This document shows, piece after piece, positions 1 through 11,663 of a stretch of DNA of 64,000 bases. The DNA comes from an uncultured Methanosarcinaceae archaeon (GTDB lineage: Archaea; Halobacteriota; Methanosarcinia; Methanosarcinales; Methanosarcinaceae): contig CAWJYV010000010.1 of assembly GCA_963847185.1 (NCBI GenBank), positions 732,151-796,150 on the forward strand, in the 5' to 3' direction. The first letter of the stretch is position 1. Each line of letters opens with the position of its first letter. The position numbers and the translations under genes are program-made. The notes beneath the pieces were generated by a model. It searched no databases and was not told the origin of the DNA. It saw only the letters and a program-made list of their open reading frames with translations.

Positions 1-788
1 GAAAAGAAGCCTCCATATTGCAAAACGTTCATGTTAACTTTGTTATCTGTTGGAAATTTCAGCAGGTATCCGAGATACAGCAGGCTCAAAAGAATTGCAA
101 TAGCAGTTAAATACTTCTCAACTCTGGAGAACTTCTCTATAAATCCTGAATTAAATTTCAGACTAAAACGTGCTCCTAACTCTTTTTCTGGTTCTATGGC
201 TTTTCTAAATAGATTTCCAGCTCCATAAAAGACTATTGCAGCCAGAGCAACATCTACATTCCAGGGTATTCTGAAAGGCACATAAACCGAATAAAGGTAT
301 CCTATCACTCCGGCTATAGCAAGCCAGAATACAAGTTTTTTCGGCTCTCTATAGTACTTCTTTATAAGTCCATAAAAGAGAAGTTCTGTCACAAAAAGAC
401 ACGTCAAGAACCAGAGAGGTGGATTATAAGAAACTGCAGGACCAAATGCGACAAGAATATGAGAAGTTCCATGAAGTATGCTGTTTTCAAAAAACTCAAT
501 ATTTATGACTCCTGGCTGGAATGCCGTATCCAGCAAAAAGTAAAACAAGCCAGTGATTACTGCAAAACAGAAATAAGGAACTATAAGAGACCTGAATCTT
601 CCCTTTACAAAATTTGCAGATGATTCTGCGTACTTCCCGAAATCGAACAGAAATCCTGAAATAAAAAAGAATAGCGGCATGTGAAACGAAAAGATGTAAG
701 TGTCAAGCGCTACAGGTAAGCTATGGTGTGCAAACACCACAAGCATGATCCCAATCCCTTTTAAGGCATCAATCCATTGAAGTCTCAT
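1..788 (-). CDS. Acyltransferase family 3 (OafA-like polysaccharide O-acyltransferase), 3' end outside window
   Basis: Manual translation from ATG at 788 gives MRLQWIDALKGIGIMLVVFAHHS...YIFSFHMPLFFFISGFLF...PLWFLTCLF, the typical Acyl_transf_3 motifs. It is absent from the ORF track because there is no stop in the window. Confidence 0.85.
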   Translation of the reverse strand, partial: MRLQWIDALKGIGIMLVVFAHHSLPVALDTYIFSFHMPLFFFISGFLFDFGKYAESSANFVKGRFRSLIVPYFCFAVITGLFYFLLDTAFQPGVINIEFFENSILHGTSHILVAFGPAVSYNPPLWFLTCLFVTELLFYGLIKKYYREPKKLVFWLAIAGVIGYLYSVYVPFRIPWNVDVALAAIVFYGAGNLFRKAIEPEKELGARFSLKFNSGFIEKFSRVEKYLTAIAILLSLLYLGYLLKFPTDNKVNMNVLQYGGFF

Positions 789-866
789 ATTAACCTAAAA
801 GATTAACAGTGTTTATATAATAAAAATGTTTGTTTGCTATTTTGGGTTTATGACATTCTTTTAGAT

Positions 867-910
867 TTGCATAAATATGACTCCAAATTAAACTTGCATA
901 AATATGACTC
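867..910. repeat. 17-bp direct repeat TTGCATAAATATGACTC x2, 27-bp period
   Basis: Exact copies at 867-883 and 894-910, upstream of the acyltransferase start. Confidence 0.8.
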
Positions 911-1159
911 TATGTTTGATTTGAAATTTTTAATTTGAAAATATTATTTGTTTGAAAACAATTTTTTGTATAATTAATTTAAAATAATTTATCTTATTAG
1001 TATAGTCCGGAGTTGGGAAGTAGAATTGGGGGTATCGTCTACCACAAAAAGAATCGCCTGGAAGCCACAAATCCTTTTTCGAACAATTACGCTTGGGGGA
1101 GCATAAATTCGAAGAGGCTGTATTGGGGGATACAGTGAACGGATGAAGTGCTTCTGGGC

Positions 1160-1259
1160 TTCTTCTTATTCTTCTTATTCTTCTTATTCTTCTTATTCTT
1201 CTTATTCTTCTTATTCTTCTTATTCTTCTTATTCTCCTTATTCTTCTTATTCTCCTTAT
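1160..1259. repeat. 9-bp tandem repeat (TTCTTCTTA)n, about 11 copies
   Basis: Directly visible; late copies vary to TTCTCCTTA. Confidence 0.95.
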
Positions 1260-1974
1260 ACTATTCTTTTTGCTGCATTTAACTCTCTAATTATGGTTTT
1301 CTAGATGTTCTTTTATCTTAATCCGATTTACTAATTATTTTTTTGATCCTTATCGCATCAAGAACTCTTATATTTCAATATACAGATTGATTAAATGTAT
1401 AATTCTTTCAATCGATTTTCACTTATTTGGCGTGAAAGTTCTTTCAACTACTTTCATGTTTTTGTGCATGTTATTCAAAGAATATCATATCCGTTTTCTG
1501 AATAAATCAGCTGTTTCGTCTTCTGATCCTATTAATAACTTCTTGGATATGCAAAAATATAGTTTTATCTTCGGATCGAGCAAATTATTATAAATATATA
1601 CATATAATTATTTACAGATCATTTTTGTGGCATAGAAAACATTTACAAGTTTTTGTCACATTGGATCAAACCGTAATTTTATCGAATAAAAACTAGGTTT
1701 TTGCAGCAGTATAAATATGCAAAATTACTTCACAAAATCAAGGAATTAATTCCAGGAGAATTACCAAAATTCTGCAATCGATTGCTGATTTGACTTACAA
1801 AGGATTTTCAACACACATTTTCATTAAGGCTATCGGTCTGATTTAATAATAATGTCAGTTATCTGTAGAAGTGAATCAGATAAGTATTGAAATTTTAAGG
1901 CAGTTTGGTACATAGATTGACATCTCAAATCAATGCATTTTTTGACTTTATCCATTAAAATCGGAGAAAAGTAG

Positions 1975-4455
1975 ATGAGAAATGATATTAGGAATTCTGG
2001 AATTGATACTATTGGAAATGTGCCCTGGGGAACACATTTCTGTCAATTTTACCAGACAAAAGAAGATTTGATGGATACATTTGTTCCTTATTTGAAAGCA
2101 GGACTGGAAAATAACGAGCTTTGCATATGGATTATACCAGAGTTTCTAAGTGTGGAAGAAGCAAAAAAGTTCCTGAGAAAGACTATTTCTGATATTGATA
2201 TCTATCTGAAGAAGGGGCAAATTGAGATTACTTCTTCTGACAATTGGCATATAAAAGATGGTGTTTTCGACTTACACAGACCATTAGCCAGCTTGCTTTG
2301 CAAAGTAAATCAATCATTAAGCAGTGGTTATGATGGTTTGAGATTGACCGAGGACATTTTCTGGCTGGGAAGAAAAAACCGGAACGATTTAATTGATTAT
2401 GAGAGAAGAATGGATTCTGCTACGGATAAATACCCGATAATATCTCTATGTACTTATTCACTTGAAATGTGCAGTGCAACCGATATAATGGATATTGTTG
2501 CAAATCATCAATTTTTTTTGGTTAGGAAAGAAGGAAAGTGGGAGCAGATAGGCAACTCAGGCAGGAAAAGTACTGCCGAGTGCAAGTTAACTGAGCAGGA
2601 GTTGCAGGAGAGTGAAGAGCGTTACAGGATGCTTTTCACAAACATGACCGATGGCTTCGGTCTTTTAGAGATTATCTATAACACTGATGGTAAGCCTTGT
2701 GACTATCGTTACCTTGAGGTAAACCCTGCTTTTGAGCTCAGTCTGGGTGTAAAAAGGGAACAGATATTAGGCAGGACTATGCTGGATGTATTCCCAAATG
2801 TGAGCCCTATAGCGATTGCAAAGTACGAAGACGTTGCACTCTCAGGAAAGTCAATTCACTTTGAGATATTTAGCCAAATAACGCACAAATATTTAGACAT
2901 TTATGCATTCAATCCTGAGAAAGGAAAGCTAGCGCTGATTCTTAGAGATATCACAGAACGTAAACTAATAGAGAAAGAGCTGCAAGAAAGTGAGAGAAAA
3001 TACCGCAATATCATAGAAACAGCCAGCGAAGGTATATGGATAGGTGATTCAGAATCCAGGACGACATATGTTAATAAAAGAATAGCTGAGGTGTCAGGAT
3101 ATACTCAGGATGAGATGATTGGCAGATATCCATGGGATTTTACTGATGAAGGAAGTAAGCCAGTTATTAAAAAGAATATTGAAAAAAGACGACAGGGTGT
3201 CGATGAAAGCTATGAGTTTAAATTCCTGCGTAAAGACGGCTCTCCAATATGGGCAATTGTAAATTCTAAGTCCCTCTTTGACAGCAATGGCAAATTTATC
3301 GGCTCCATGAGTATGCTCACAGACATTACCAGGCGAAAAGAAGTAGAGGCTAAATTGAAAGATACATTAGACAATTTAGAAAACTCAGTCAAAGAACGTA
3401 CAGCCGAGCTTGAGAAGGCTTACAATTCATTGAAAGAAAGCGAAAAGAGTCTTGCTGAAGCTCAAAAAATGGCTCATATTGGAAGCTGGGAGTGGGATAT
3501 TAGAGCTGATAAAGCATACTGGTCTGATGAACTATATCGCATTTTCGGGCGTGATCCTCAAGAATTAGCACCACCTTATAACGAATATTTAAGTTACATA
3601 CATCCCGATGATCAAGCTTATTTTGATAATGCTACTAAGAAAGCTGTAAATGGAAAACCTTACAGCATTGATTACAGGATTATCCGGGTTGATGGGGAAG
3701 AACGCACCATACATATGCAATCATACGTTATTTTTGATGAGGAAAATATCCCTATTCGAGTAAAAGGAACAATTCAGGATATTACCGAGCGCAAGCAAAT
3801 GGAGGAAGCACTGCGTCAGAATAAGGTGCTACTTTCTGCTTTTCTCGAACAATTGCCGGTAGGTCTTGGACTTGCTGATACCAACGGACACTGGTTGATT
3901 ACTAACAGCGTTTTACGTCGCTTTATGGGCAAATTTATTCCATCGCTGGATCCTGAAAATAGCTGGCGCTGGCGGACTTGGGGAATCGATGGCCGCCTAC
4001 TTAATCAGTCCGAATGGCCAAGCGTGAGAGCACTGCGAGGAGAGAACATAACCCCAGGACTAAATTTCCTGTACACCTCCGACACCGGACTGGAGATATG
4101 GACGCGGGTAAGCTCGGTTCCTTTCCGCAACGAAGCTGGAGAGATTGCAGGTATTATCACCGTCATTCAGGATATTGATGAGCAAAAGAAGGCTGAAGAA
4201 ACCCTGGCAAAAATAGACAAAATTCGCATAAAAGAAATTCATCACAGAATTAAGAACAATCTGCAGGTGATTTCATCCTTACTTGATCTTCAGGCAGAAG
4301 AATTCTCTCATATTGAAATTTGCAGGACTCCGGAAGTTGTAGAGGCTTTTATGGAAAGCCAGAGCCGAGTAATTTCCATGGCTCTTATTCATGAAGAACT
4401 ATATAAGGGAGACAAAATTGATACACTTGACTTTGCAGCTTATGTGAAGAAACTA
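1975..4455 (+). CDS. MEDS-multi-PAS-HisKA_2 sensor histidine kinase (Methanosarcina type), truncated at the composition junction
   Basis: N-terminal PWGTHFCQFY (MEDS), about 4 PAS/PAC modules ending DITERK/DITRRK, and H-box KEIHHRIKNNLQVISSLLDLQ. After DFAAYVKKL the ORF runs into antisense GC-rich sequence; there is no HATPase domain. Confidence 0.9.
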
Positions 4456-5796
4456 CTGCCGCAGGATGCGCTGCGCGTCGTAGCGCTCCCGGAAGAAGCG
4501 CCGATCCAGCGCATCCATCCAGTGCTGCCGGCGGAACTGCGCGAGGACGGCGACACCCGAGAGGACGAAGTACGCCAGCGCCCGCGCGGCCACCACGTCC
4601 TGCATCGCCTCGTCACGATGGACGTAGAGGTCCACCGCCATGCTGAGAAGCAGCAGCGGCACGAGCGACAGGAGCAGCCGTCGCGCGAGGGTGTACTGCA
4701 CGCCGCGGCGCACGATCAGCCGGACGTCGAAGAGCCGGTGCCGAAGAATCGCGTAGGCGAACGACACGGGGACCGCCAGGAGGAGCGGGAACAGCCAGCC
4801 CATGGCGGTCGGGAGAAAGAGGCTGGCCGAATCGCTGAACCACCAGCCGACGAACACGGCGGTCCCGGGGACGCATCCAAAGCCGCCGCCGGTGAGCAGG
4901 ACACGAAGGCGCCGCTTCTCCGTCGCGTCCTGCAGGTGCCGATAGCTCCAGACAGCCGACACCACGGTGGCCATCACGTAGAGCATCGACACGCCCACCA
5001 GGATCGAGAAGCCATCCCAGGCGGCAAACGAGGCCGGCGGACGGTAAACGGTCAGCGCGCGGTAGCGGATGAACGGGACGGCGCCGAGGATGGGCAGCCA
5101 CAACGCGGCGAGGTGGGTCGTCCGGTGGACGCGGCGCACGGGAAAGAGCAGGAAGAACGTGAGGAGCAGCGGGCCGAGGACGAGCGAACTGACGAACGGC
5201 ACCCAGAGGACCAGGCCGGCCGGCCACCACACAGCGCGCCAGACCGCGGCGAACCGGTACGGCATCGTGACGCAGAAGACGCCCACGGCGCCGAGGAGCC
5301 AGGCGCCGACGCGGGCCACCGGGTCGTACGGCCGGCGGTACAGCACGAGGATGCCGACGCCCAGCGTCACGAACTGGACGACGCGGACGAGGGCCAGGTC
5401 GATCCCTTCGCGCGACAACCAGCGCGACGAGCGCTCCGGCGCGAAGACCAGCGCCAGCTGCATCGGCACCCCGTTCCGGCGTATGTCGATCCGGACTGGC
5501 TGGCCGATCGCCGCGTTCATCGTCAGCGCTTCCCAGTCGAGCTTTGCCTCCCACGTCGCCTGGCCATCGCCGATCGCCTGCCCGTCGATGCCCGTAATCT
5601 CGTCGCCCGCCCGGAAACCCGCTCGCCCCGTCGCGCTCCCCGGGGCCACCGCTTTCGCCACCAGGCGCGGCCCGAAGTCGAACGTTACCCCTTCCGGCTC
5701 CGGCCGCCGCGCGTCGCAGTCGACGAGCAGCGCGAAGTAGGCGAGAAACGGCACGATGCAGGCGAAGGCCCACCACGGGGCCCGTCGGCCGGACAT
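4453..5796 (-). CDS. PDZ-domain polytopic membrane sensor protein, probably the N-terminal part of a Ser/Thr kinase or phosphatase; C-terminally truncated
   Basis: PDZ-like VAPGSATGRAGFRAGDEITGIDG, many TM helices, FAYAILRHRLFDVR and LDRRFFRERYDAQRILRQ. The stop codon comes from the AT-rich side of the junction. Confidence 0.7.
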   Translation of the reverse strand: MSGRRAPWWAFACIVPFLAYFALLVDCDARRPEPEGVTFDFGPRLVAKAVAPGSATGRAGFRAGDEITGIDGQAIGDGQATWEAKLDWEALTMNAAIGQPVRIDIRRNGVPMQLALVFAPERSSRWLSREGIDLALVRVVQFVTLGVGILVLYRRPYDPVARVGAWLLGAVGVFCVTMPYRFAAVWRAVWWPAGLVLWVPFVSSLVLGPLLLTFFLLFPVRRVHRTTHLAALWLPILGAVPFIRYRALTVYRPPASFAAWDGFSILVGVSMLYVMATVVSAVWSYRHLQDATEKRRLRVLLTGGGFGCVPGTAVFVGWWFSDSASLFLPTAMGWLFPLLLAVPVSFAYAILRHRLFDVRLIVRRGVQYTLARRLLLSLVPLLLLSMAVDLYVHRDEAMQDVVAARALAYFVLSGVAVLAQFRRQHWMDALDRRFFRERYDAQRILRQ

Positions 5797-5896
5797 AGGT
5801 GTCGTGACGGAAAGGACAGTTCGCCGCGAGGTCTCGCCCGCGTATTATAATCGGCGTTTTCCCGTCACCCTCCGAAACCACCCAGGGAGCGAGCGC

Positions 5897-6538
5897 GTGG
5901 ACCTGATCGAGCAGTTCTTCAAGACCGTCTACAACGTGCCGTTGCTGATCAAGCTGGTCGGGTTCCCTGGCCTGATGGTCATCGTGTTCGCGGAAACCGG
6001 CTTGATGGTCGGGTTCTTCCTGCCGGGCGACTCGCTGCTCGTGACGGCCGGCGTCTTCGCCGCGAAGGGATGGCTGAACATCTACTGGCTGATCCCGGTC
6101 CTGATGCTCTGCGGCGGTCGCGGGCAACACCACCGGGTATCTGATCGGCCGCAAGGCCGGCCACGCGCTCTACAGCCGGCGCAACTCTTCTTCTTCCGCC
6201 GCGAGCACTTGATCCGGACGCACGAGTTCTACGAGCGCCACGGAGGCAAGACCATCATCCTGGCGCAGTTCATGCCGATCGTCCGCACATTCGCGCCGGT
6301 GGTCGCGGGCGCCGCGGAAATGCCCTACCGGCGGTTCGCCACCTTCAACGTGATCGGGGCGGTGCTCTGGATCAATTCGATGCTGTTGACCGGGTTCTTC
6401 CTGGTGCGGTTCTTCCCCGTGCTGGAAGAGCGGATCGACCTCGTCGTCGCGGTGGTGATCTTCCTGTCCCTGTCACCGGCCATCATCGCGTGGGCGAAAT
6501 CGAGGCTGGGACCGAAGACGGTGGAGGCGGGAACCTAG
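5897..6538 (+). CDS. DedA/VTT family membrane protein (compensating indels at ~6110-6185)
   Basis: FAETGLMVGFFLPGDSLL, FYERHGGKTIILAQFMPIVRTFAPVVAG; GTG start at 5897. Confidence 0.9.
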   Translation: MDLIEQFFKTVYNVPLLIKLVGFPGLMVIVFAETGLMVGFFLPGDSLLVTAGVFAAKGWLNIYWLIPVLMLCGGRGQHHRVSDRPQGRPRALQPAQLFFFRREHLIRTHEFYERHGGKTIILAQFMPIVRTFAPVVAGAAEMPYRRFATFNVIGAVLWINSMLLTGFFLVRFFPVLEERIDLVVAVVIFLSLSPAIIAWAKSRLGPKTVEAGT

Positions 6539-6577
6539 AAGCGAGAAACCGGAGGACCCTTCGCTCTTGCTTCCCCA

Positions 6578-6609
<32 letters not shown>

Positions 6610-7001
6610 TCACTGTCCTTCCCGCGCCGCCCCGGATGAGCGCTTCCATGTGATCGAGGTAGCGCTCAGCGCGCGCCGGCCGGGCGCCGTAGCCGGTACT
6701 CGGTCTTCGGCAGGCGGCCCTCGAACGACTTGGCGCAGTCGACGTAGCCCGCTTCCTCGAGCTTGCGCGCGTGGACGCTCAGGTTGCCGTCGGTGGTGCG
6801 CAGCAGCGCCTTGAGATCGTTGAACGACAGCGAGTCGTTCACGGCCAGCGCGCTCACGATGCCCAGGCGGATCCGCTCGTGGATGAGGCGATCGAGGTCG
6901 GGCGCAACGACGTCCGGCCGCGCGCGAACCGGTCGTGGCTCCTCTTTCGCCGGCCTGTGCGGCCGGCCCTCGCGCTCGCGGACGAGTGCTGTCTTACCCA
7001 C
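6610..7001 (-). CDS. Winged-helix transcriptional regulator (HTH_34/ArsR-like), indel near 3' end
   Basis: [52 protein letters not shown]...[12 protein letters not shown]. Confidence 0.85.
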
Positions 7002-7615
7002 CGTACTCGCCGCGATAATCACGCCGAACACGATGTGGACGACGCCAAAGCCGGCGGCCATGAGCCAGCCACCCCAGGAAGGGGGCGCGGCGAGGGCCAC
7101 CGCTCCGAGCGCCATCAAGCAGCCGCCCATGACCGGAACCACTTTCACCGACGCCGACCCGCTGCTCACCACGCCGGTGCCGAACAACAGCAGCCAGACG
7201 CCGGGCAGCCACCCGAACACCGGCCGGAGCCGGCCAGCGCAACGTCAGGAGCGCGCCGGACACGAGCGGCGGGCAGGAACCCGAGCGCGAACTTGCGGCC
7301 GGGGCCCGACAACAGCGGGACGCCGGCCCGCCGTGCCTTCCGCCACATCGCCACCCACGCGACGACAGCCCCGAGCGCCGCGGTGACGAGCCAGACGGCG
7401 AGCTCCGCCTCGGCGAGGCCTGACGACCGGCCCGAACGCGGCCACGAGACCGACAACGCCCACCGCCACCTGGCCTCTCCCGGAGACGGCGGTAAAGCGC
7501 CCGCCCGCTCCATCGTCTCGCGGATGAACCGGAGATGGTCCAGCGCGTGGTCGTGGATCTGACGGGGAGCGCGTCGCACCGGCGGCAGGCGCTGCGGCAA
7601 CGGGGCGAGGGACAT
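6994..7615 (-). CDS. Conserved integral membrane protein coupled to the HTH regulator (frameshifted)
   Basis: Pieces in several frames: [56 protein letters not shown]. Confidence 0.65.
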
Positions 7616-7639
7616 CCTGCAGTACAGGTAGCAAGCGAC

Positions 7640-8302
7640 GGGAGCTGTCAAGCGCTTTGCCGGGCCAAGCCAGCCGGCCGGCGCCGCGTCCAGCGCGACC
7701 GCGCCACGCGCGGCGAAGAGCCCGAGGCAGCAGGCCGCGTAGAGCGCGGCCGGCGCACGTCGGCCTTGCACGAGCCACCAGTAGTGCACCACGCCGGCCG
7801 ACGCCGGCCACGTAGACGAGCCGGTGCAGGCGCCTGCCAGCGCCGCCCGCCCAGCCGGCGGATCATGCCGCTGGTGGAGGTGAGCGCGAGCGGCACCAGC
7901 AGCGACGAACGCGGTGAAGCCGACCGTGATGAACGGCCGCTTGCGATGTCGGTCGAGGATGGCCGGCAAGTCGAAGAACTGGTCGAACCAGACGTAGGTG
8001 AGCAGGTGCAGGCAGGCGTAGAAGAACGCGAACAGCCCGAGCATGCGCCGGAAGCGGATGAGCGCGTTCCAGCCGGTCAGCCGCGCGCAGCGGCGTCATG
8101 GCGAGCGTGAGCAGCAGGAACCGCAGCGTCCAGTCGCCGGTGCCGTGCGGTGACCGCCTCGATCGGGTTCGCGCCGAGGTGCCGCCGGCGCGCCGGCCAG
8201 CAGCCACGCAGCCGAGCCGCAGCCGGCGCCAGCGGCCAGCAGCGAACCACGGACGGCTTCGAGCGAGCGAACCGCGGCTCGACGCTCGCCGCCGGCCGGC
8301 CA

Positions 8303-8303
<1 letters not shown>
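7640..8303 (-). CDS. msrQ: Methionine sulfoxide reductase heme-binding subunit MsrQ (multiple indels; 3' end approximate)
   Basis: LGANPIEA, TGDWTLRFLLLTLAMTPL, RRMLGLFAFFYACLHLLTY, KRPFITVGF, GVVHYWW; TGATG overlap with msrP. Confidence 0.85.
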
Positions 8304-9268
<965 letters not shown>

Positions 9269-9318
9269 GTCGCCCTCTGGGGCCTGATGCAACAACCCCC
9301 GGCATCCGCCCGTATTCC

Positions 9319-9416
9319 TCACCAAATCCCCCAGTCAAAATCACGAATCACCAAATCACCATCCAAATCCCCCAGTCACTCAAATCGCAAATCACCAAAT
9401 CACCAAATCACGCAAT
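9319..9416. repeat. Degenerate octamer array (AAATCACC family), intergenic
   Basis: CACCAAAT units; same family as the arrays inside dnaE2 and imuB. Confidence 0.8.
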
Positions 9417-9421
9417 GGAAT

Positions 9422-11003
9422 TCACTTGATCCGCTGTCGCCGGGTTGCGTTCGCGGTCGCGGTCGAGCGCGGCGACTCCGGCACGTCCCCGCCTGGGCGG
9501 CACGCCAGGCCCGGTTCACTTCGTCGATGTCCGCCCCGGCCGATGCTTGGCCGTCCGCCGAGGCGTTGGAACCCTGCAGGTGGAAATCGCCGTCCGAAGG
9601 GTTGACGAACGACCGGTCGAAGGCGGCCGGCGACGGGAAGCTGTTGTCGGGCGGGTAGAGGCCGGCGGCGCCGCCGCCGATCACGTTCCGCGGTGAACAC
9701 AGCCGCCGGGGAAGTACGGCGGTGAGCGTGTCGTTACCCACCCCCGGTCGCTCCCGTGGACACCGTAGGCGTTGTGCCGCACGAGGTTGAACCTGAACAC
9801 GAACCCCCGCACCACCTCAGGCTGGTTCGCGGACCCGCCGTAGGCAGAGACGATGTTGCCCGATTGCAGGACGGTATTGTGCTCGACTTGCACGTTCAGC
9901 GGCCCGTCGCCAATCAGGAGGAACTCGCCGTTCCCTCCCCAGCTCGAATCGACGTCGTACAGCAAGTTGTTCGAAATCTCGATCCCCTTTGCCTGGCCGC
10001 TGGGGTGGGGGCTGTCGCGTCCGAGCAGGTTGACGGCGGCGGCGACGTGCCGGACCACGTTATATCGAAAGTGGACGTCCTCGACCGTGGACCACGGCGC
10101 CTGGCCGTCCTGGTTTCGCGGCGTGAAGAGGATGGCGTACCCGGACTGCGCGCCGCGCCAGTTGTTCTCGAACAGGTTGCCGTCAATCCAGACGTTGCGC
10201 GCGTTCTTCAGCTCGAAGAGGTTCTTCACCTGCCAGGCTTCGCCACGCCAGGAGGCGGGACGCGTGACATGGTTGCCGACGAACCGGACGTCGCTCGGCA
10301 CGAGGCCCGAAATCGCCGGGTCCGCGCCGCCGAGCAGGAAGACCTCACCTGCCGCTTCCAGGTAGTTGTTGAGGATGCGGTACGGCCCAGGTCCGTTCCA
10401 TCCCGCAATCGCCTGGCTGTCCTGGCCGACCGCTTTGATGTCCGCGATCCAGGAGTTCTGGATGACGGTTTGGCCGCTGTTGAGCGCGATGCCTCGCTTT
10501 TGTCCCGCGCGAGGGTCGCCGTGGATGTAGCAGCGGTCGAGGACCAGGTCGCGAGGAACCGAACCAGCGAGGATTGAGCGGAGCCGCCGTCGCCGAGGCG
10601 GATGATGTCGCCCGCCCCCCCGGCGTTGGCGAGAAACTCGACCAGCACGAGGCGCCAGCCGCGCGCTCCCGGGGCCGTCCGCAGGGCGGCCTCGCCGTTG
10701 GGCGATCGCAGCTTCGGCAGGAGATCCGACACGTCCGGTCGAACACGGGCCATCTCAGCCGGCAAACGGGCATCGGTCGCCGAGCTTCGGATGGTGATGG
10801 GATCGCCGGACGCCGCCTTGGCGGGCAGGACGTAGTTGCCCGACAAACGTCGCGCCAGCCTCGAGCAGGATGACATCGCCGCCGCGTGCCTGGTCCAGCG
10901 CCGCCTGCAGGTCGCCGCCCGCCCGCACCAGGACCGTCGCGCCGGCGGACGAGCCAGCGTGCAGCAAGCTGGCGAACGACAGCATGACCAGCAGCCGGTT
11001 CAT
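9422..11003 (-). CDS. Secreted right-handed parallel beta-helix protein (pectin-lyase fold; frameshifted, 3' end approximate)
   Basis: Signal peptide, then VRAGGDLQAALDQARGGDVILLEAGATF; VKNLFELKNARNVWIDGNLFENNW; Asn-rich repeats; C-terminal GDFHL...GADID. Confidence 0.75.
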
Positions 11004-11025
11004 GCAGGCCTGAAAGGCGCGCAGC

Positions 11026-11331
11026 TTAAGTCGTCCTCCTGACGGCTGCTGCCAAGCCCAGCAGCAATCCGCCGACAACAACAAGCGTCAACGTGTCGGG
11101 AAGGGGCCCAAAAGTTCCGCGCCGCATCGGCACCGCGATCCTCGGGCCGGTTCCGGCCGCGCTTTCGGCCGCGGTCGCCGCAGCCACGGTGTACTCCGCA
11201 CGCGCGGTTTGCGTGTCCTTGCGTTCCTGTTGTTTGCCCATCGCCACGGCCGTCCCCGCCGCCGCGATCGCCACCACGGCAAGGATGCCAACCGCCAGCC
11301 TTAGCTTCGACAAGATCGATCTCCTCCGCAC
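11026..11331 (-). CDS. Small exported protein with PEP-CTERM-like C-terminal sorting signal
   Basis: N-terminal signal peptide; C-terminus GPLPDTLTLVVVGGLLLGLAAAVRRTT (Pro/acidic motif, TM helix, basic tail). Confidence 0.6.
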   Translation of the reverse strand: MRRRSILSKLRLAVGILAVVAIAAAGTAVAMGKQQERKDTQTARAEYTVAAATAAESAAGTGPRIAVPMRRGTFGPLPDTLTLVVVGGLLLGLAAAVRRTT

Positions 11332-11450
11332 CGGCTTGCCGTGATCCTGAAGAGAACGCTCCGCGCAACCGTTGCAGGATTACTGGTTCGCCTCAGACGG
11401 CCAGCCCGGCCACGAACTTGCACCGCGTCTGTGTCGCCGGCCCTCGGAAC

Positions 11451-11469
11451 TTCAAGGGTCGTGCCACGG
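11451..11469 (-). promoter_or_regulatory. Candidate sigma-54 promoter (imperfect -12) for the PEP-CTERM-like/beta-helix genes
   Basis: Minus strand reads CCGTGGCAC-GACCC-TTGAA versus consensus TGGCAC-N5-TTGC. Confidence 0.5.
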
Positions 11470-11663
11470 GGGCACCATCAAATCGCCGTCGTTCGGTGCG
11501 GTATCGAGCCTCGAGGTGACAGCACTGCAAGGAGTTTCCCTCGATCGCACCTCGAGGGGACCAAGGTGGGCACAACCGGCGGCCGTGGGGATCGGCCGTC
11601 GAGGGTGCCCGCGCCTCGCGTGCTACGATCGTTTTGGGCGTCCGTTCCTGAGACAGTCGCTGT

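Noticed and set aside
31-1593. Short plus-strand ORFs 31-228 and 1387-1593
   Set aside because: The first is antisense to the acyltransferase; the second is a motif-less ORF in AT-rich intergenic DNA.
1-4455. Archaea-to-bacteria horizontal transfer island
   Set aside because: Both flanking genes are cut mid-domain and no mobility signature is present; a chimera is more parsimonious.
1975-5850. 1291-aa kinase with a novel C-terminal domain
   Set aside because: Residues after ~827 are the antisense reading of the PDZ membrane gene across the composition junction.
11407-11422. Plus-strand GG-N10-GC site CGGCCACGAACTTGCA as a sigma-54 promoter
   Set aside because: Weak -24 element and about 240 nt from the kinase start; such matches arise by chance in high-GC DNA.
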